Source of the DNA: Deferribacterales bacterium
GTDB lineage: Bacteria; Chrysiogenota; Deferribacteres; Deferribacterales; Geovibrionaceae
Reading direction: 5' to 3'
Length of the DNA stretch: 64,000 bases
NCBI GenBank assembly: GCA_050253075.1
Contig: JBFWJS010000001.1
Coordinates: forward strand, 352,001 to 416,000
How positions within the stretch are numbered: position 1 is the stretch's first letter; each line of letters starts with the position of its first letter. Position numbers and translations under genes: made by a program. Shown here in pieces: positions 31,876 through 43,171 of this stretch. Under the pieces are notes generated by a model, which searched no databases, had not been told where the DNA came from, and saw only the letters and a list, made by a program, of their open reading frames with translations.

Positions 31876-32093
31876 TTCGTCACCTCTCAAAATAATTTAC
31901 ACACAAACAATCATAATAAATCTTAGCATTTTGAACATAGATTCACCACTATTTATGATTATCTAAGGGTTATTAACTTTCCAGCCTAACTTAACACTGG
32001 AAATCTCCGATAAGTTATTATATAAACGTTAACTTGCACTCTTTTTGCGTCGCAACAAATGGAGTCTTGAAAAAATAAAAAAAGGTGTAAAGC

Positions 32094-33413
32094 ATGCGCT
32101 ATGACTTAGCAAAAAGCGGAAACGGGTTAACCTATGAAATCCGCAACATCGTGACAGTTGCTAAACTGATGGAAAAACACGGCGTCGAAATCTGTTATGA
32201 AAACATCGGCGACCCTGTGGCTAAAGGAGAAATTATCCCCGACTGGATGAAAGAAACCATCGCGGACATCGTTCGTACAAACGACCTTTCCTTTGCCTAC
32301 TGCTCTACAAAAGGTGTTGAAGACGTTCGCCAGTTTCTGGCGGAGAAGAACAACGCCAGAGGCGGAGCACAGATCACTAAAGAAGACATCATATTTTTCA
32401 ACGGACTTGGCGACGCAATAGCGCGAGCGTATAGCTCAATTCGAGTGGATGCGAGGATTATGCTCCCCGAACCCACATACTCTACACACCTGCTGGCGGA
32501 GGTGCTTCATGCATCTTATCCACCGAACACATACAGAATGAACCCTTATAATAACTGGCGTCCTGACCTCAACGAGCTCGAGCGTAAGGTCAGAAGTTCT
32601 AACTCTATCGTCGGTATCCTCGTTATCAACCCTGATAACCCCACAGGATACGTACATACAGAGGAAGACCTTCGCCATATTGTAGAAATAGCTAAAGAGT
32701 ACGAGCTGATGCTTGTATTCGATGAAATATATCTGAACATGATATACAACGGGCACAAGACGCCTGCTCTCGCAGACATCATAGGCAACGATGTCCCAGG
32801 TATATCCATGAAGGGTATCTCAAAAGAATACCCTTGGCCGGGAGCCAGATGCGGCTGGATGGAAGTTTATAACGCAGGCAAGGATGAGAAGTTCGACAGA
32901 TTCGTCAATGCCGTGCTTAACCAGAAGATGTCTGAGGTTTGCTCTACAACACTCCCTCAGCTCACTATACCGCACATAATGACCCACTCCGAATACCCTG
33001 TGTATCTCGCTGAGAGGCTGAAGCATTATGAAAAGCTCTCTAACATCGCATACAACATACTGAAAGACTGCCCATACGTTGTGGTAAACCGCTCTAACGG
33101 CGCTTTCTACATGTCTGTTGTGTTCAACGAAGCAGTGCTGAAAGACAACCAGATGCTTGAGATAGAGATCCCTGAGGTTCGCGATATCGTTACAAAACTC
33201 ACCGCTGATAAGATGGAGATGGACAAACGATTCGTATATTACCTCCTCGGAGCCACAGGCATATGCGTTGTTCCGCTTACATCATTCTTCACATCCACAC
33301 CCGGATTCAGAATGACACTACTTGAAAAAGATGTGGAAAAGTTTGAAAACATGGTGATGAAGATCAAAAACAAGATCGTGGAATACGTCGAATCGAGTAA
33401 GATAATTGGTTAA
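32094..33413 (+). CDS. PLP-dependent class I/II aminotransferase (AlaA-like)
   Basis: ENIGDP, INPDNPTG, FDEIY, GISKEYPWPGARCGW. Confidence 0.88.
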   Translation: MRYDLAKSGNGLTYEIRNIVTVAKLMEKHGVEICYENIGDPVAKGEIIPDWMKETIADIVRTNDLSFAYCSTKGVEDVRQFLAEKNNARGGAQITKEDIIFFNGLGDAIARAYSSIRVDARIMLPEPTYSTHLLAEVLHASYPPNTYRMNPYNNWRPDLNELERKVRSSNSIVGILVINPDNPTGYVHTEEDLRHIVEIAKEYELMLVFDEIYLNMIYNGHKTPALADIIGNDVPGISMKGISKEYPWPGARCGWMEVYNAGKDEKFDRFVNAVLNQKMSEVCSTTLPQLTIPHIMTHSEYPVYLAERLKHYEKLSNIAYNILKDCPYVVVNRSNGAFYMSVVFNEAVLKDNQMLEIEIPEVRDIVTKLTADKMEMDKRFVYYLLGATGICVVPLTSFFTSTPGFRMTLLEKDVEKFENMVMKIKNKIVEYVESSKIIG

Positions 33414-33420
33414 ATGATAC

Positions 33421-33447
33421 GGGCGGTCTGAAAAGGCCGCCTTTTTT
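33421..33447. terminator. Intrinsic terminator
   Basis: gggcggtc-tgaaa-aggccgcc-tttttt between convergent genes. Confidence 0.7.
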
Positions 33448-35693
33448 TATGCCAGCTGTTCTTCTATCTTCTTTATCAGTTCTTTTATCATCAGAGGCTT
33501 TATCATAACGACATGGTCGTCTTCGTTGAAGCCCTCTTTACGGTGTGCTTCCCCCACATATCCGGTGGTGAAGATAAACTTCTGGTCGGGCTTCATGGCG
33601 ATTATCTCTTTATATGCTGTGATACCGTTCATCACAGGCATAACGATGTCGGTGATGACCATATCTATCTCATATCTGTGCTTGGTGAAAACCTCTACGG
33701 CTTCCTTACCATTGACCGCTTCGTATATCTTATAACCGTAAACGTCAAGGGCATGTGCGAGGCTCTCACGGACTATCTTTTCATCTTCCACAAGGAGTAC
33801 TGTCACATTCCCCTTTGTGTCCTCTATCTCTGCCTCGGCGGCGACCTCTTCGGGTGTTTCGTCTGTGGTAGGCACTTTAATGACGAACTCCGTACCGCAT
33901 CCGGGCTCGCTGAAGCACTCTATCACACCGTGATGGCGGGATATTATGTCGCTGACGATATACAGACCGAGCCCTGTCCCCTTCCCTGCTTCCTTCGTGG
34001 TGAAGAAAGGCTCGAATATCTTCTCCAGCTTCTCCTGCTCGATACCGCATCCGTTGTCTTTCACGCTGATGACGGCATATTCGACAAATCCGTCTGCGCT
34101 GTCTGCTGCGCTGACCATAGCCTTATCTGTAGTGATGACGAGCTTGCCTTCTGCTTCGATGGCATCCCTTGCATTAGTAGCAAGGTTTATTATCACCTGC
34201 TCCAGCTGCACCGGGTCCCCCATGATGTTTACGTCCTCGTCCATAAGGTTTATCTCCAGCTCTATACGGCTGCCTATAACCATAGTGAGGAACTCTCCCA
34301 CTGATTTCACCAGTGAATTAACGCTGACGGGGCGTTCCGCCTCCATCTGTTTGCGGGAGAATGTAAGAAGGTTTTTCGTCAGATCCTTTGCCCTTACTGT
34401 CAGGTCGGATATCTTTTCAGCATATACATAGAAACGGCTGTCCTTGTCCATCTTACGCTTCATTATGGATGAGAAACCGCCGATGGCCGTCAGCATGTTT
34501 GTAAAGTCGTGGGCGATACCGCTAGTCAGCTCGCCGACCGTCTCCATCTTCTGCGCATGGAGCAGCTGGGACTTTATGCGGACCCTCTCGGTGATGTCCT
34601 CTTCGACTATGACTATGTTTGTCACCACGTCCACACTGCCGAAAACGGGAGATATAGACCCGAGAACAATGTATTCCTCGCCGTCATGACCGGTCTTCTG
34701 ATATTCGCCGACCCAGCTTTCGCCGTTTCGGCATTTATCCAGAGCGTCGAAGAATTCTTTACCGCTGCTGGCGTACATCTTCTCTTCTGTGATGTCTTTA
34801 TCTATAAGGAAGGACTTGTTCCTGCCTGCCGTATTTATCTGCTTTTTGTTTACATAGATTATCTTATAATCCGCATCCGTAACGGTCACTGCGGATGCAC
34901 TGGCATCTATCGCTTTATTCAGCATGAAAGCGTGCTGCTTTACTATCTCCTTCTCTGTACTGTCGTGGACAATGGCTAGTATAGAGACGCTGTTCTCGGT
35001 CTCTGCGTATTGGAATATCACCTCTGCGGGATATTTTGTCCCGTCCTTACGGGTGAATTTGGTGTGAAACATGACTCTGCCGGTCTTCCTGTCCCCTTCT
35101 TGTCTCATGGGTACAATCTCGTCGGCTATTTTCGACATTTCCATGCCGTACAGTTCCAGTATGTCATAGCCCAGATTGCTCTGAGCTTTTTTATTAGCGA
35201 ATTTTATCTTATAGCTGTCGCTGCCGAGGATGTATATCTCGTCCTCTGCGGAGTCCACAAGGTTTGTTAGCTCTTTGATCTCCTGTCTGGCACGCTTTAC
35301 CGCCTGCACTTCTTCATAGGCTTTTATCTCTCTGCGGATAACAGGCCACAGACGCTTCATGTTGTCTGTAGTGATATAGTCGTCTGCGCCGTATTCGAGC
35401 AGGTCTGCTGCCTCGTCCTGATCTTCTTTTTTTGTGATTATTACTATGGGCAGGTCTTTGTCTTTCTGCTTTCTTTCTTTGATGATATCTTTCAGATATT
35501 CTGTGCCTAAAGCGAGATCCGCAAGGATAAAGACATATTCCCCGTCGAAAGACTCACAGGATATATCACTGATATCATGAGTGATATTTACCCTGACACT
35601 GCTGTCCTGTGCCTGAAGACACTTCTTCACTATGTCGGAGATTTCGTCGTTTTTCGTAATGAATATGATCGGATTTTCAGCTTTAAGGCTCAT
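33447..35693 (-). CDS. Cytoplasmic hybrid histidine kinase (REC-like, PAS, PAS, HisKA, HATPase, REC)
   Basis: H box [29 protein letters not shown]...GTGLGL, C-terminal VEDE...TDIVMP. Confidence 0.92.
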   Translation of the reverse strand: MSLKAENPIIFITKNDEISDIVKKCLQAQDSSVRVNITHDISDISCESFDGEYVFILADLALGTEYLKDIIKERKQKDKDLPIVIITKKEDQDEAADLLEYGADDYITTDNMKRLWPVIRREIKAYEEVQAVKRARQEIKELTNLVDSAEDEIYILGSDSYKIKFANKKAQSNLGYDILELYGMEMSKIADEIVPMRQEGDRKTGRVMFHTKFTRKDGTKYPAEVIFQYAETENSVSILAIVHDSTEKEIVKQHAFMLNKAIDASASAVTVTDADYKIIYVNKKQINTAGRNKSFLIDKDITEEKMYASSGKEFFDALDKCRNGESWVGEYQKTGHDGEEYIVLGSISPVFGSVDVVTNIVIVEEDITERVRIKSQLLHAQKMETVGELTSGIAHDFTNMLTAIGGFSSIMKRKMDKDSRFYVYAEKISDLTVRAKDLTKNLLTFSRKQMEAERPVSVNSLVKSVGEFLTMVIGSRIELEINLMDEDVNIMGDPVQLEQVIINLATNARDAIEAEGKLVITTDKAMVSAADSADGFVEYAVISVKDNGCGIEQEKLEKIFEPFFTTKEAGKGTGLGLYIVSDIISRHHGVIECFSEPGCGTEFVIKVPTTDETPEEVAAEAEIEDTKGNVTVLLVEDEKIVRESLAHALDVYGYKIYEAVNGKEAVEVFTKHRYEIDMVITDIVMPVMNGITAYKEIIAMKPDQKFIFTTGYVGEAHRKEGFNEDDHVVMIKPLMIKELIKKIEEQLA

Positions 35694-35747
35694 ACTAGAA
35701 TATAAACCTTCCGGATGTCCTTTTACAAGTATTACTGGCTAAAAGGT

Positions 35748-36539
35748 TTATAAATCTTCGCCGAATTCTCTGAAGCCGAATTTCTTGGAAAGAACTTTAG
35801 CAGCCTCTACCACAGTCGGAGCAACAACCTCTCTCACATAATCCATGTCCATTCTTTCGGAAGGAGCAGAAACGCTGATCCCTGCGATGACATTGCCCAT
35901 GAAGTCTTTGATAGGTGCGCCGACGCATCTGACACCGAGTTCGTACTCTTCGTTATCCACTGCGTAGCCGATCCTTTTGATCTCGTCGAGTTCGTCTTTC
36001 AGTTCGTCGAAGTTGCCGAGGGTGTTCGGAGTGATCTTCCTGAATTCTCCGCTGTAGAGCTTTTCAAGCTCCAGTGCGTCATAGTATGCAAGCTGCGCCT
36101 TACCTGTGGCTGTGGCGTATGCAGGCCCGACATTACCTATCCTCGGGAGGACACGCACTGCCTGATCTGTTTCTATGACATTGAGATAAACGACAGCGCC
36201 GTCTCTCAGCACACTGATGTATGCGGATTCGTTTGTGTCGTTTTTAAGCTGCTGGAGAACCTGTATGGATATCTCTGTGATGCTGAGTTTATTAATATAT
36301 GCCTGTGATATCTGGAAGGTCTTCACACCGAGGCGGAAGTTTCCCGTGTATCTGTTGTGCTCTACATAGCCGAGTAGCTCGAGTGTGGCGAGCAGCTTGT
36401 TAACATTGCTTCTGGTGAGGTTCAGCTCTGAGACAACGTCTGTTATGCTCAGCTCGTGGTCCTTATCACCGAGTAATTCCAATATATCTATGGCATTACT
36501 GACAGCCTGGACGGCGTATTCAGATTTTTCCCTTTTCAT
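35748..36539 (-). CDS. IclR-family transcriptional regulator
   Basis: N-terminal HTH VQAVSNAIDILELL, PAYATATGKAQLA, GYAVDNEEYELGVRCVGAPI. Confidence 0.93.
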   Translation of the reverse strand: MKREKSEYAVQAVSNAIDILELLGDKDHELSITDVVSELNLTRSNVNKLLATLELLGYVEHNRYTGNFRLGVKTFQISQAYINKLSITEISIQVLQQLKNDTNESAYISVLRDGAVVYLNVIETDQAVRVLPRIGNVGPAYATATGKAQLAYYDALELEKLYSGEFRKITPNTLGNFDELKDELDEIKRIGYAVDNEEYELGVRCVGAPIKDFMGNVIAGISVSAPSERMDMDYVREVVAPTVVEAAKVLSKKFGFREFGEDL

Positions 36540-36726
36540 AATATCTCCCGATAGCCGATATTATAATAGCATAACACCGTTTACCATTCAGTCAATAGTT
36601 CTAATACTTAATATATTTACAAAAAATACTACTATCGTCAATAGCATATTTTTTTGTTTCATTTAAATAAAACAAAAGTTACATCTTGTAAACAGGAAAT
36701 CATTGCTAATATAAATTAAATTAATA

Positions 36727-37965
36727 TTAATGCTGGAGCCCTATATTACATGCATAGTTAAAACTGTCTAGCATTACTTCGTTGAAAATGTTGTTATTTA
36801 TACCCAGCATATTAAAGTGCTTTTCCAGCATGAGGATATTGTCTCTTTCATAATCCATGATGGTTTTCAGCACCAGCCCGAGCACTCCTGTTTTCATTAG
36901 CACTGCTTCTTTTATCTCGTTATCCAGATTAAACTCTTTGAGAACATCCTCAATCTTTCTGTTGAACACGGCATCCATAAGAGAAAGCAGACCCACAAGG
37001 TATGCCTCTCCTGCTTTATCAGATGATATATTCGCCTTCAGACAGAGGTTTTCCATCGCCCTCGCCCTTACCTGTGCGGTTATAAGCAGAGGGTTGTCAA
37101 AGCTGTCATTACCGGGCCCTGCATATAGGATAAGGTAAAGCCACTTTGCCAGATTGTCCCTGCCGAGCAGAGCCATAGCGTGCTTGATGGAGCTCACCTG
37201 CCCCCTTGTGAAAAAAGCGGCGGAGTTCATGAATTTCAGCAGGTTTATATATAGGTCCGGATAGTTTTTGATGATCTTTTCCAGTTCGCTCGCTTCGGCA
37301 TCGTTCCTCAGCATGTTTATGAGCTGTACAGTAGCAGCCTTTGAAGGGTCTACGGATTTTGACGTGATGACCACAGGCTTAGCGAAATAATACCCCTGAA
37401 ACAGATCAAAGCCTATATCTCTGCAAAATTCGTGGTCGCACTGTGTCTCGACCTTTTCGGCGAGTATCTTTATGTTCATCTTTTTGAAGAGTTCCATGTG
37501 CTTCGGCAGGGCATTCTTGTCACAGTACATATAGTCCACCTTTATCACCTCGACCAGGCGGAATAATGTCTTAAACATATCGTAATAGTCCTGAGACAGA
37601 ACCATATCGTCAAGGGCAAAGGAGTAGCCTTTGTGTACATACTCGGCGACCTTTTCCACCAGCTCGGGTGTCACCTTTGTTGTCTCCAGTATCTCTATGA
37701 CAAATTTATCCTTAGGCAGGATGTCCAGAGCACCGTCCAGAATTATGTGCTCATCTGCATTTATAAAGCCCTTTTTCCCGCCAAGCAGTGTTTCCAGACC
37801 GATATTCTGGATAGCGTTAATAAGAACTCTCGCAGTGGCACTGGAGTTATCCGTTACCAAAGCCTTAACATCTTCGCCCGCCTGTCTGAATAAAAGCTCA
37901 TAGGCATATATATGCCCGTTCTTATCCAGTATCGGCTGTCTGCCTATAAAAAATTCTTTGCTCAT
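36727..37965 (-). CDS. EAL + HDOD domain protein (YuxH/PdeH-like c-di-GMP phosphodiesterase)
   Basis: FIGRQPI, YELLFR, IEILET, FALDD, LAEKVET, FQGYYFAKP, then LLKFMNSA...SSIKHAMALLG. Confidence 0.88.
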   Translation of the reverse strand: MSKEFFIGRQPILDKNGHIYAYELLFRQAGEDVKALVTDNSSATARVLINAIQNIGLETLLGGKKGFINADEHIILDGALDILPKDKFVIEILETTKVTPELVEKVAEYVHKGYSFALDDMVLSQDYYDMFKTLFRLVEVIKVDYMYCDKNALPKHMELFKKMNIKILAEKVETQCDHEFCRDIGFDLFQGYYFAKPVVITSKSVDPSKAATVQLINMLRNDAEASELEKIIKNYPDLYINLLKFMNSAAFFTRGQVSSIKHAMALLGRDNLAKWLYLILYAGPGNDSFDNPLLITAQVRARAMENLCLKANISSDKAGEAYLVGLLSLMDAVFNRKIEDVLKEFNLDNEIKEAVLMKTGVLGLVLKTIMDYERDNILMLEKHFNMLGINNNIFNEVMLDSFNYACNIGLQH

Positions 37966-38157
37966 GGCTCCTCTTGCTTTCTTGTGTAAGCATTCGGTTG
38001 TTTTAATTACTATGTTTAGTATAGTATATTTTAAATTTTATTATTTGCTATATAAACTTTGTCAATATTATATTATATTTACCCAAGTTCTTGAATTTAA
38101 TCAGCGCACCGTATATCATTACTTATCACATTATACACCAATTTTACGGAGACCATT

Positions 38158-39225
38158 ATGTCAGCAGATGTATTTTTTTCTACCATCGACAGTAAAAAGC
38201 ACAAGAGCCCCCTTCTTAAGATTAAAAAGCTCATAAACAGATGCGCACCCGAGACCATCTTTAAAAAGAATGACCTGATCGCTATTAAGACTCACTTCGG
38301 TGAACTCGGCAACACTGCTTTTCTCCGTCCCGTATTCCTGCGCCCTGTCGTAGAAAAGCTGAATCTGCTAGGCACTAAGCCTTTCCTCACAGATACTAAC
38401 ACCCTGTATGTTGGTATGCGTACAAACAGCGTGGATCACCTGCATAATGCCACGATGAACGGCTTTAACTTCTCCACACTTCAGGTGCCTGTGATAATTG
38501 CCGACGGACTCAGAGGCGATAACTCCATATCTGTGGATATCGACGGCGAATTCCTCAAACAGGTGAACCTTGCCGCTGATATAGCTACTGCCGACGGCAT
38601 GTTTGTCGTATCCCATTTTAAAGGTCACGAAGTAACAGGTTTCGGCGGTGCTATAAAAAATATATCTATGGGATGCTCCTGCAGACAAGGCAAGCTCGAC
38701 ATGCACTCAGACTCGAAACCGTCCGTACATCAGGACAAGTGCACATCCTGCGGCCGCTGCCTCAGCTTCTGCGCCTCTAAGGCTATCGATATCAAACCAA
38801 AAGCAAAGATAAACGACAACTGCACCGGATGCGCCATGTGCATCAGCGTATGCCCTGAGGGAGCAATAGGCATCAACTGGGACGCCTCTTCCCACTCCAC
38901 ACAGTCTAAGATGGCTGAATACGCTGTGGGCGTTAATAAGGCTCTGAAAGGCAAGATTGTTTATCTGAATGTTATCTTAAGCGTGTCGCCTGCCTGCGAC
39001 TGTTACCCCGGTAATGACAGACCTGTCGTCGGGGATATAGGTTTTGCATCATCTTTAGACCCCGTTGCCCTTGATAAAGCATGTCTCGACCTTGTGACAA
39101 AGGCAAACGGAGGATCTGACCCGTTCGCAGAGAGATACCCACACATCGACTCTGATGTGCAGCTATCTCACGCGGTTAAACTCGGGCTCGGAAGCAAAGA
39201 CTATAACCTGATCGAAGTGGAATAA
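38158..39225 (+). CDS. DUF362 domain iron-sulfur protein with 2x[4Fe-4S] ferredoxin insert
   Basis: AIKTHFGE, TDTNTLY, SHFKGH..GFGGAIKNISMG, CTSCGRC...CTGCAMCISVCP, CDC. Confidence 0.88.
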   Translation: MSADVFFSTIDSKKHKSPLLKIKKLINRCAPETIFKKNDLIAIKTHFGELGNTAFLRPVFLRPVVEKLNLLGTKPFLTDTNTLYVGMRTNSVDHLHNATMNGFNFSTLQVPVIIADGLRGDNSISVDIDGEFLKQVNLAADIATADGMFVVSHFKGHEVTGFGGAIKNISMGCSCRQGKLDMHSDSKPSVHQDKCTSCGRCLSFCASKAIDIKPKAKINDNCTGCAMCISVCPEGAIGINWDASSHSTQSKMAEYAVGVNKALKGKIVYLNVILSVSPACDCYPGNDRPVVGDIGFASSLDPVALDKACLDLVTKANGGSDPFAERYPHIDSDVQLSHAVKLGLGSKDYNLIEVE

Positions 39226-39227
39226 GA

Positions 39228-40655
39228 TCAGTTAATCAGCTTCCTTATCTTTTTAGTCGTCACTATTTTATAAGCGCTCATATCCCTCACGGTGCGGCCC
39301 TCTTCGAGGCTCTTGATACCGGTGAGGTAATCTTCTATGAATGAAGGGTTTTTCAGTTTTTCCATAAATACTATTATGTCATAGCCGAGCATATCCTTCA
39401 CAGTAGGCAGCTTTGTATAGTCGTTATAGTATTCTTCGTTGAATCTCTCTACGTTCGACTGGCTTAGGAGCAGTACTTCTGTGATGATGTAAGCTCCTTT
39501 GAAGTATTCCGCATATTCAGGCGTGAAGAACAGCTTGCCCAATCCATCCACGGCACAGGCAATGACGCTCTTCTCAGGTTTATCAGAGTAGAACCTGAGG
39601 AATGGGACAACCTTTACCAGCTGCTGCTGTGTGCCCACAACGGCGAAAGATATTGTCACATCCTTGCCCGCCTCTTCTTTGATAGTGTTCAGAGTTGCCT
39701 GAAAGTTTTCGTCCTCTATGTCAAACATATATACTTTGACATCGCTGTCTCTGTATTTATCTGTAATCTCCAGAGCCTTCTCATACTGCTCTTTCGTATA
39801 TCCCAGCACTATGTGTGATCCGCCGTTCAACATTGCGAAGTTTACAGCCTCTTCGAAGACCTTGCCCATCTCAAGTCCGAATTCATACATATTCGTCTTA
39901 GATGTTATTATCTTTGACCCTGCATCGAGGGTAAAGTCATAGTCTTCTCTCTGGCCTGTGAAGTCGAGCTCGACATCCAGCCCCATCTTACTGATGGAAT
40001 AAAGCATTGCTTCGATGAGCTTGCCGTCTGCCTCTGCATCTTTTACATTCACCACTATCTTCTCCATCAGGACGCCTTCCACCTGCGGAGCTTCCACTAC
40101 CTTTTTAGGTTCTTCGAATATCTCTATCTCTATCTCAGATTCGCCAGTGCTTATCTCTGAGAGTGCGCATTTCTTCGGATCGCCGAATGTCGCCTTACCT
40201 TCCTGTGCGCAGTAGTGTCTGAAAACCTTTTCGGCTACATCGTCCATCTCGACACTTTTCAATATCTCCATCTGCTCGTCCATGACTGCTATGTCGCCCT
40301 TTTTCATAGCGGCATCATACAGCCAGAGGTGACCGGATATCTTTGTAAACCTGTCCAGATAGCTATCGTCCATGTTGTCTTTCAGCATGAGGTAACCCTC
40401 TTCCACACTGCCGTTCCGCACGTAGTGTCTTCCGAGGATGAGGCCTGCGGTCTTTGCGGCAGATTTATCGGATGACTCCATCATCTCTTTCATCTTTCGC
40501 ACATCCGCACGGGTGAGGTTTTTAACGGCGTAGTATTCTCTATTGAAAAGGCGCACAGGCTCCTGCTGCTGCACCTGCTCAATACAGCCTGACAGCACCA
40601 TCACTATTGCTAAGGATAGTATAAGTCCTTTGAATCGGCGTATCGTATCTGACAT
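39228..40655 (-). CDS. Hypothetical lipoprotein (helical N-terminus, possible periplasmic-binding-like C-terminus; LpoA-like?)
   Basis: Lipobox VLSGC; 475-aa ORF overlapping the rsmG end by 77 bp. Confidence 0.6.
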   Translation of the reverse strand: MSDTIRRFKGLILSLAIVMVLSGCIEQVQQQEPVRLFNREYYAVKNLTRADVRKMKEMMESSDKSAAKTAGLILGRHYVRNGSVEEGYLMLKDNMDDSYLDRFTKISGHLWLYDAAMKKGDIAVMDEQMEILKSVEMDDVAEKVFRHYCAQEGKATFGDPKKCALSEISTGESEIEIEIFEEPKKVVEAPQVEGVLMEKIVVNVKDAEADGKLIEAMLYSISKMGLDVELDFTGQREDYDFTLDAGSKIITSKTNMYEFGLEMGKVFEEAVNFAMLNGGSHIVLGYTKEQYEKALEITDKYRDSDVKVYMFDIEDENFQATLNTIKEEAGKDVTISFAVVGTQQQLVKVVPFLRFYSDKPEKSVIACAVDGLGKLFFTPEYAEYFKGAYIITEVLLLSQSNVERFNEEYYNDYTKLPTVKDMLGYDIIVFMEKLKNPSFIEDYLTGIKSLEEGRTVRDMSAYKIVTTKKIRKLIN

Positions 40656-41199
40656 TTATAAACTCCAGTTTTTTCTTTTCCATAAGTATAGACGCGGCAT
40701 CGAGCTCTTCGGAGACATTTTCCCCTTTATAAAGAACCCATATACAGTTTTTATCGGCTAAGTTCATAGTATAATTAATCATTTGTTCCACTTTCGCCAC
40801 TCCTCGGGAGAGTATCGTGCGGAACTTCCTGCCTTTAATATTTTCACTGCGGGATGTTATCACTTCCACATTCTTCAGCCCCAGCTCACGTGCGCACTCT
40901 TCTAGGAACTTGCATTTCTTCGCTATGCTGTCCACAAGTGTAAATTTCAGGTCAGGATACATAATGGCGAGGATCATCCCGGGGAATCCTCCGCCTGTGC
41001 CTATGTCTGCAACATCGCCTTTCAAAAGTGACGGCTTATCCGCATAAAGGAGGAAGCTGTCCAGCACATGCTTGGTATAAAACTGCTCCTTGTCCTTTAT
41101 CGCCGTCAGGTTCAGCGTTGCATTCATATGCATTTCATAGAACCTGTCTATCAGCCCGATCTGTTCGTCTGTAAAATCCCAGTAATTTTCTATTATCAT
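40579..41199 (-). CDS. rsmG: 16S rRNA m7G527 methyltransferase RsmG (GidB)
   Basis: NLTAI, KHVLDS, DIGTGGGFPG, LVDSIAKK; follows mnmG. Confidence 0.93.
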   Translation of the reverse strand: MIIENYWDFTDEQIGLIDRFYEMHMNATLNLTAIKDKEQFYTKHVLDSFLLYADKPSLLKGDVADIGTGGGFPGMILAIMYPDLKFTLVDSIAKKCKFLEECARELGLKNVEVITSRSENIKGRKFRTILSRGVAKVEQMINYTMNLADKNCIWVLYKGENVSEELDAASILMEKKKLEFINVRYDTPIQRTYTILSNSDGAVRLY

Positions 41200-43055
41200 T
41201 TCTTACTCATTATATATACATGCAGCAGGCTTATCGCTGCAGGGGTCATACCTTTTATCCTGCTGGCCTGCCCGAGCGTCTGCGGACGGATAGCATTCAG
41301 CTTGTCTATGTATTCCCTGCGCAGCCCCTGTATCTCTTCATACTTTATATCATCAGGCAGTTTCACTGTCTCTATCTTGTTAAACTTCCCTATCTCTTCC
41401 TGCTGTCTGTCGAGGTAGCCCTCATACTTTACGGCTATCTCAACCTGTTCGGATATCTTCTCATCCTCAAGACCGCCCACCAGCTCTTTTATATCTGCAT
41501 AGGTCATCTCGGGTCTGCGGAGCAGTTCTTTCGCTGTCACCTTTGTGCGGAGCACCACGCCATACTTCTCGAGCTTTGCGTTGTTCTCCTTAGACGGTGT
41601 GATGGCCAGCTCTGCGAGCCTTGCAAACTCTTTTTCGAACTCAGCCTTTTCAGCGTGAAACCTTTCGTATCTGGTCTTTGATATCAGTCCGAATTCGTAC
41701 CCCTTTTCTATCAGGCGGAATTCTGCGTTGTCTTCCCTCAGCCACAGGCGGTATTCCGCACGGGAGGAAAACATACGGTATGGCTCATCCACACCCTTAT
41801 TCACAAGGTCGTCACACATGACACCTATGTAGCTCTCGTCACGCTTCACTATATACGGCTCTTTGCCGTCGAGGGCGAGCACGGCGTTAATACCTGCCAC
41901 AAGCCCCTGTGCGGCGGCTTCTTCATATCCGCTGGTGCCGTTAAGCTGACCTGTGAAATACAGCCCTTTCACCTTCTTTGTCTCCATAGTCGGATGCAAA
42001 GCCGTCGGCTGTACGAAGTCGTATTCTATGGCATATGCGGGACGTACAAACTCGACCTTTTCAAGGCCTGGAACGGTGCGGTACATCGCTATCTGCACAT
42101 CTATAGGCAGTGACGACGAAAAGCCGTTCGCATAATACTCTCTGGACTTCAGCCCCTCTGGCTCGAGGAATATCTGATGCCTTGTCTTCTCGGGGAATTT
42201 CTTGACCTTGTCCTCTATAGACGGGCAGTATCTAGGCCCGATACCCTGTATGACACCCGCATAAAGAGGTGATCTGTGGAGGTTGTCCCTTATTATCTGA
42301 TGTGTTTCTTCATTAGTATACGTTATGTAGCACGGCACCTGAGGCAGAGTTATCTCCTTTGTCTCGAAAGAGAACGGCCTCGGAGGATTATCGCCAGGCT
42401 GTGCCTCCAGCTTGCTGAAGTCTATGGTGCCGACATCAAGCCTCGCAGGGGTTCCCGTCTTTAGCCTTTCAGTCTCAAAGCCTATTTTATGCAGTGATGA
42501 CACGAGGTTTATAGATGCGAATTCGTTCATTCGCCCTGCGCTGTAGTGGCTGTCACCTATGTGTATAAGCCCTTTCAGGAATGTACCTGTTGATAATATT
42601 ACCTTTTTCGCTCTATAGAGCATGCTCGTATCGCTGATAACGCCGACTACTTCGCCGTTTGCGACCTCTATCTCTTCTATCATCCCCTGCTTCAGATCAA
42701 GGGATTCCTGATGCATTATCACTTCCAGCATGCGCTGTCTGTACATCTCTTTATCTGCCTGTGCACGGCTGGAGCGCACGGCAGGGCCCTTTGTCATGTT
42801 CAAAATGCGGAACTGTATGCCTGTCTCATCGATGTTTTTGGCCATTTCACCGCCGAGGGCGTCTATATCCTTAACAATATTCCCCTTCGCAAGCCCGCCA
42901 ATGGCAGGGTTACAGCTCATCTGAGCGAGGGATTCCACAGATATAGTAAACAGCAGAGTATCCGCACCCATTCTGGCGGATGCGAGCGCTGCTTCACAGC
43001 CGGCATGACCTGCGCCGACAACAATAACGTCATATGTCTTTCCATATTCCAACAT
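41196..43055 (-). CDS. mnmG: tRNA modification enzyme MnmG (GidA)
   Basis: GAGHAGCEAA, MSCNPAIGG, GPRYCPSIEDK, GQLNGTSGYEEAAAQG; start at MLEYGK. Confidence 0.97.
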   Translation of the reverse strand: MLEYGKTYDVIVVGAGHAGCEAALASARMGADTLLFTISVESLAQMSCNPAIGGLAKGNIVKDIDALGGEMAKNIDETGIQFRILNMTKGPAVRSSRAQADKEMYRQRMLEVIMHQESLDLKQGMIEEIEVANGEVVGVISDTSMLYRAKKVILSTGTFLKGLIHIGDSHYSAGRMNEFASINLVSSLHKIGFETERLKTGTPARLDVGTIDFSKLEAQPGDNPPRPFSFETKEITLPQVPCYITYTNEETHQIIRDNLHRSPLYAGVIQGIGPRYCPSIEDKVKKFPEKTRHQIFLEPEGLKSREYYANGFSSSLPIDVQIAMYRTVPGLEKVEFVRPAYAIEYDFVQPTALHPTMETKKVKGLYFTGQLNGTSGYEEAAAQGLVAGINAVLALDGKEPYIVKRDESYIGVMCDDLVNKGVDEPYRMFSSRAEYRLWLREDNAEFRLIEKGYEFGLISKTRYERFHAEKAEFEKEFARLAELAITPSKENNAKLEKYGVVLRTKVTAKELLRRPEMTYADIKELVGGLEDEKISEQVEIAVKYEGYLDRQQEEIGKFNKIETVKLPDDIKYEEIQGLRREYIDKLNAIRPQTLGQASRIKGMTPAAISLLHVYIMSKK

Positions 43056-43127
43056 AATCTTACCTATTCTCCGCATCTGAGCAGCCCAAAGGCCACGGTA
43101 ATGCCAATATGGATCAAAGTACTACTT

Positions 43128-43143
43128 TGTTTCACGTGAAACA
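43128..43143. promoter_or_regulatory. parS centromere site (ParB binding)
   Basis: Perfect palindrome TGTTTCACGTGAAACA between mnmE and mnmG. Confidence 0.93.
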
Positions 43144-43171
43144 TCAACTTTTCCACAATTTATTTTTTTAT

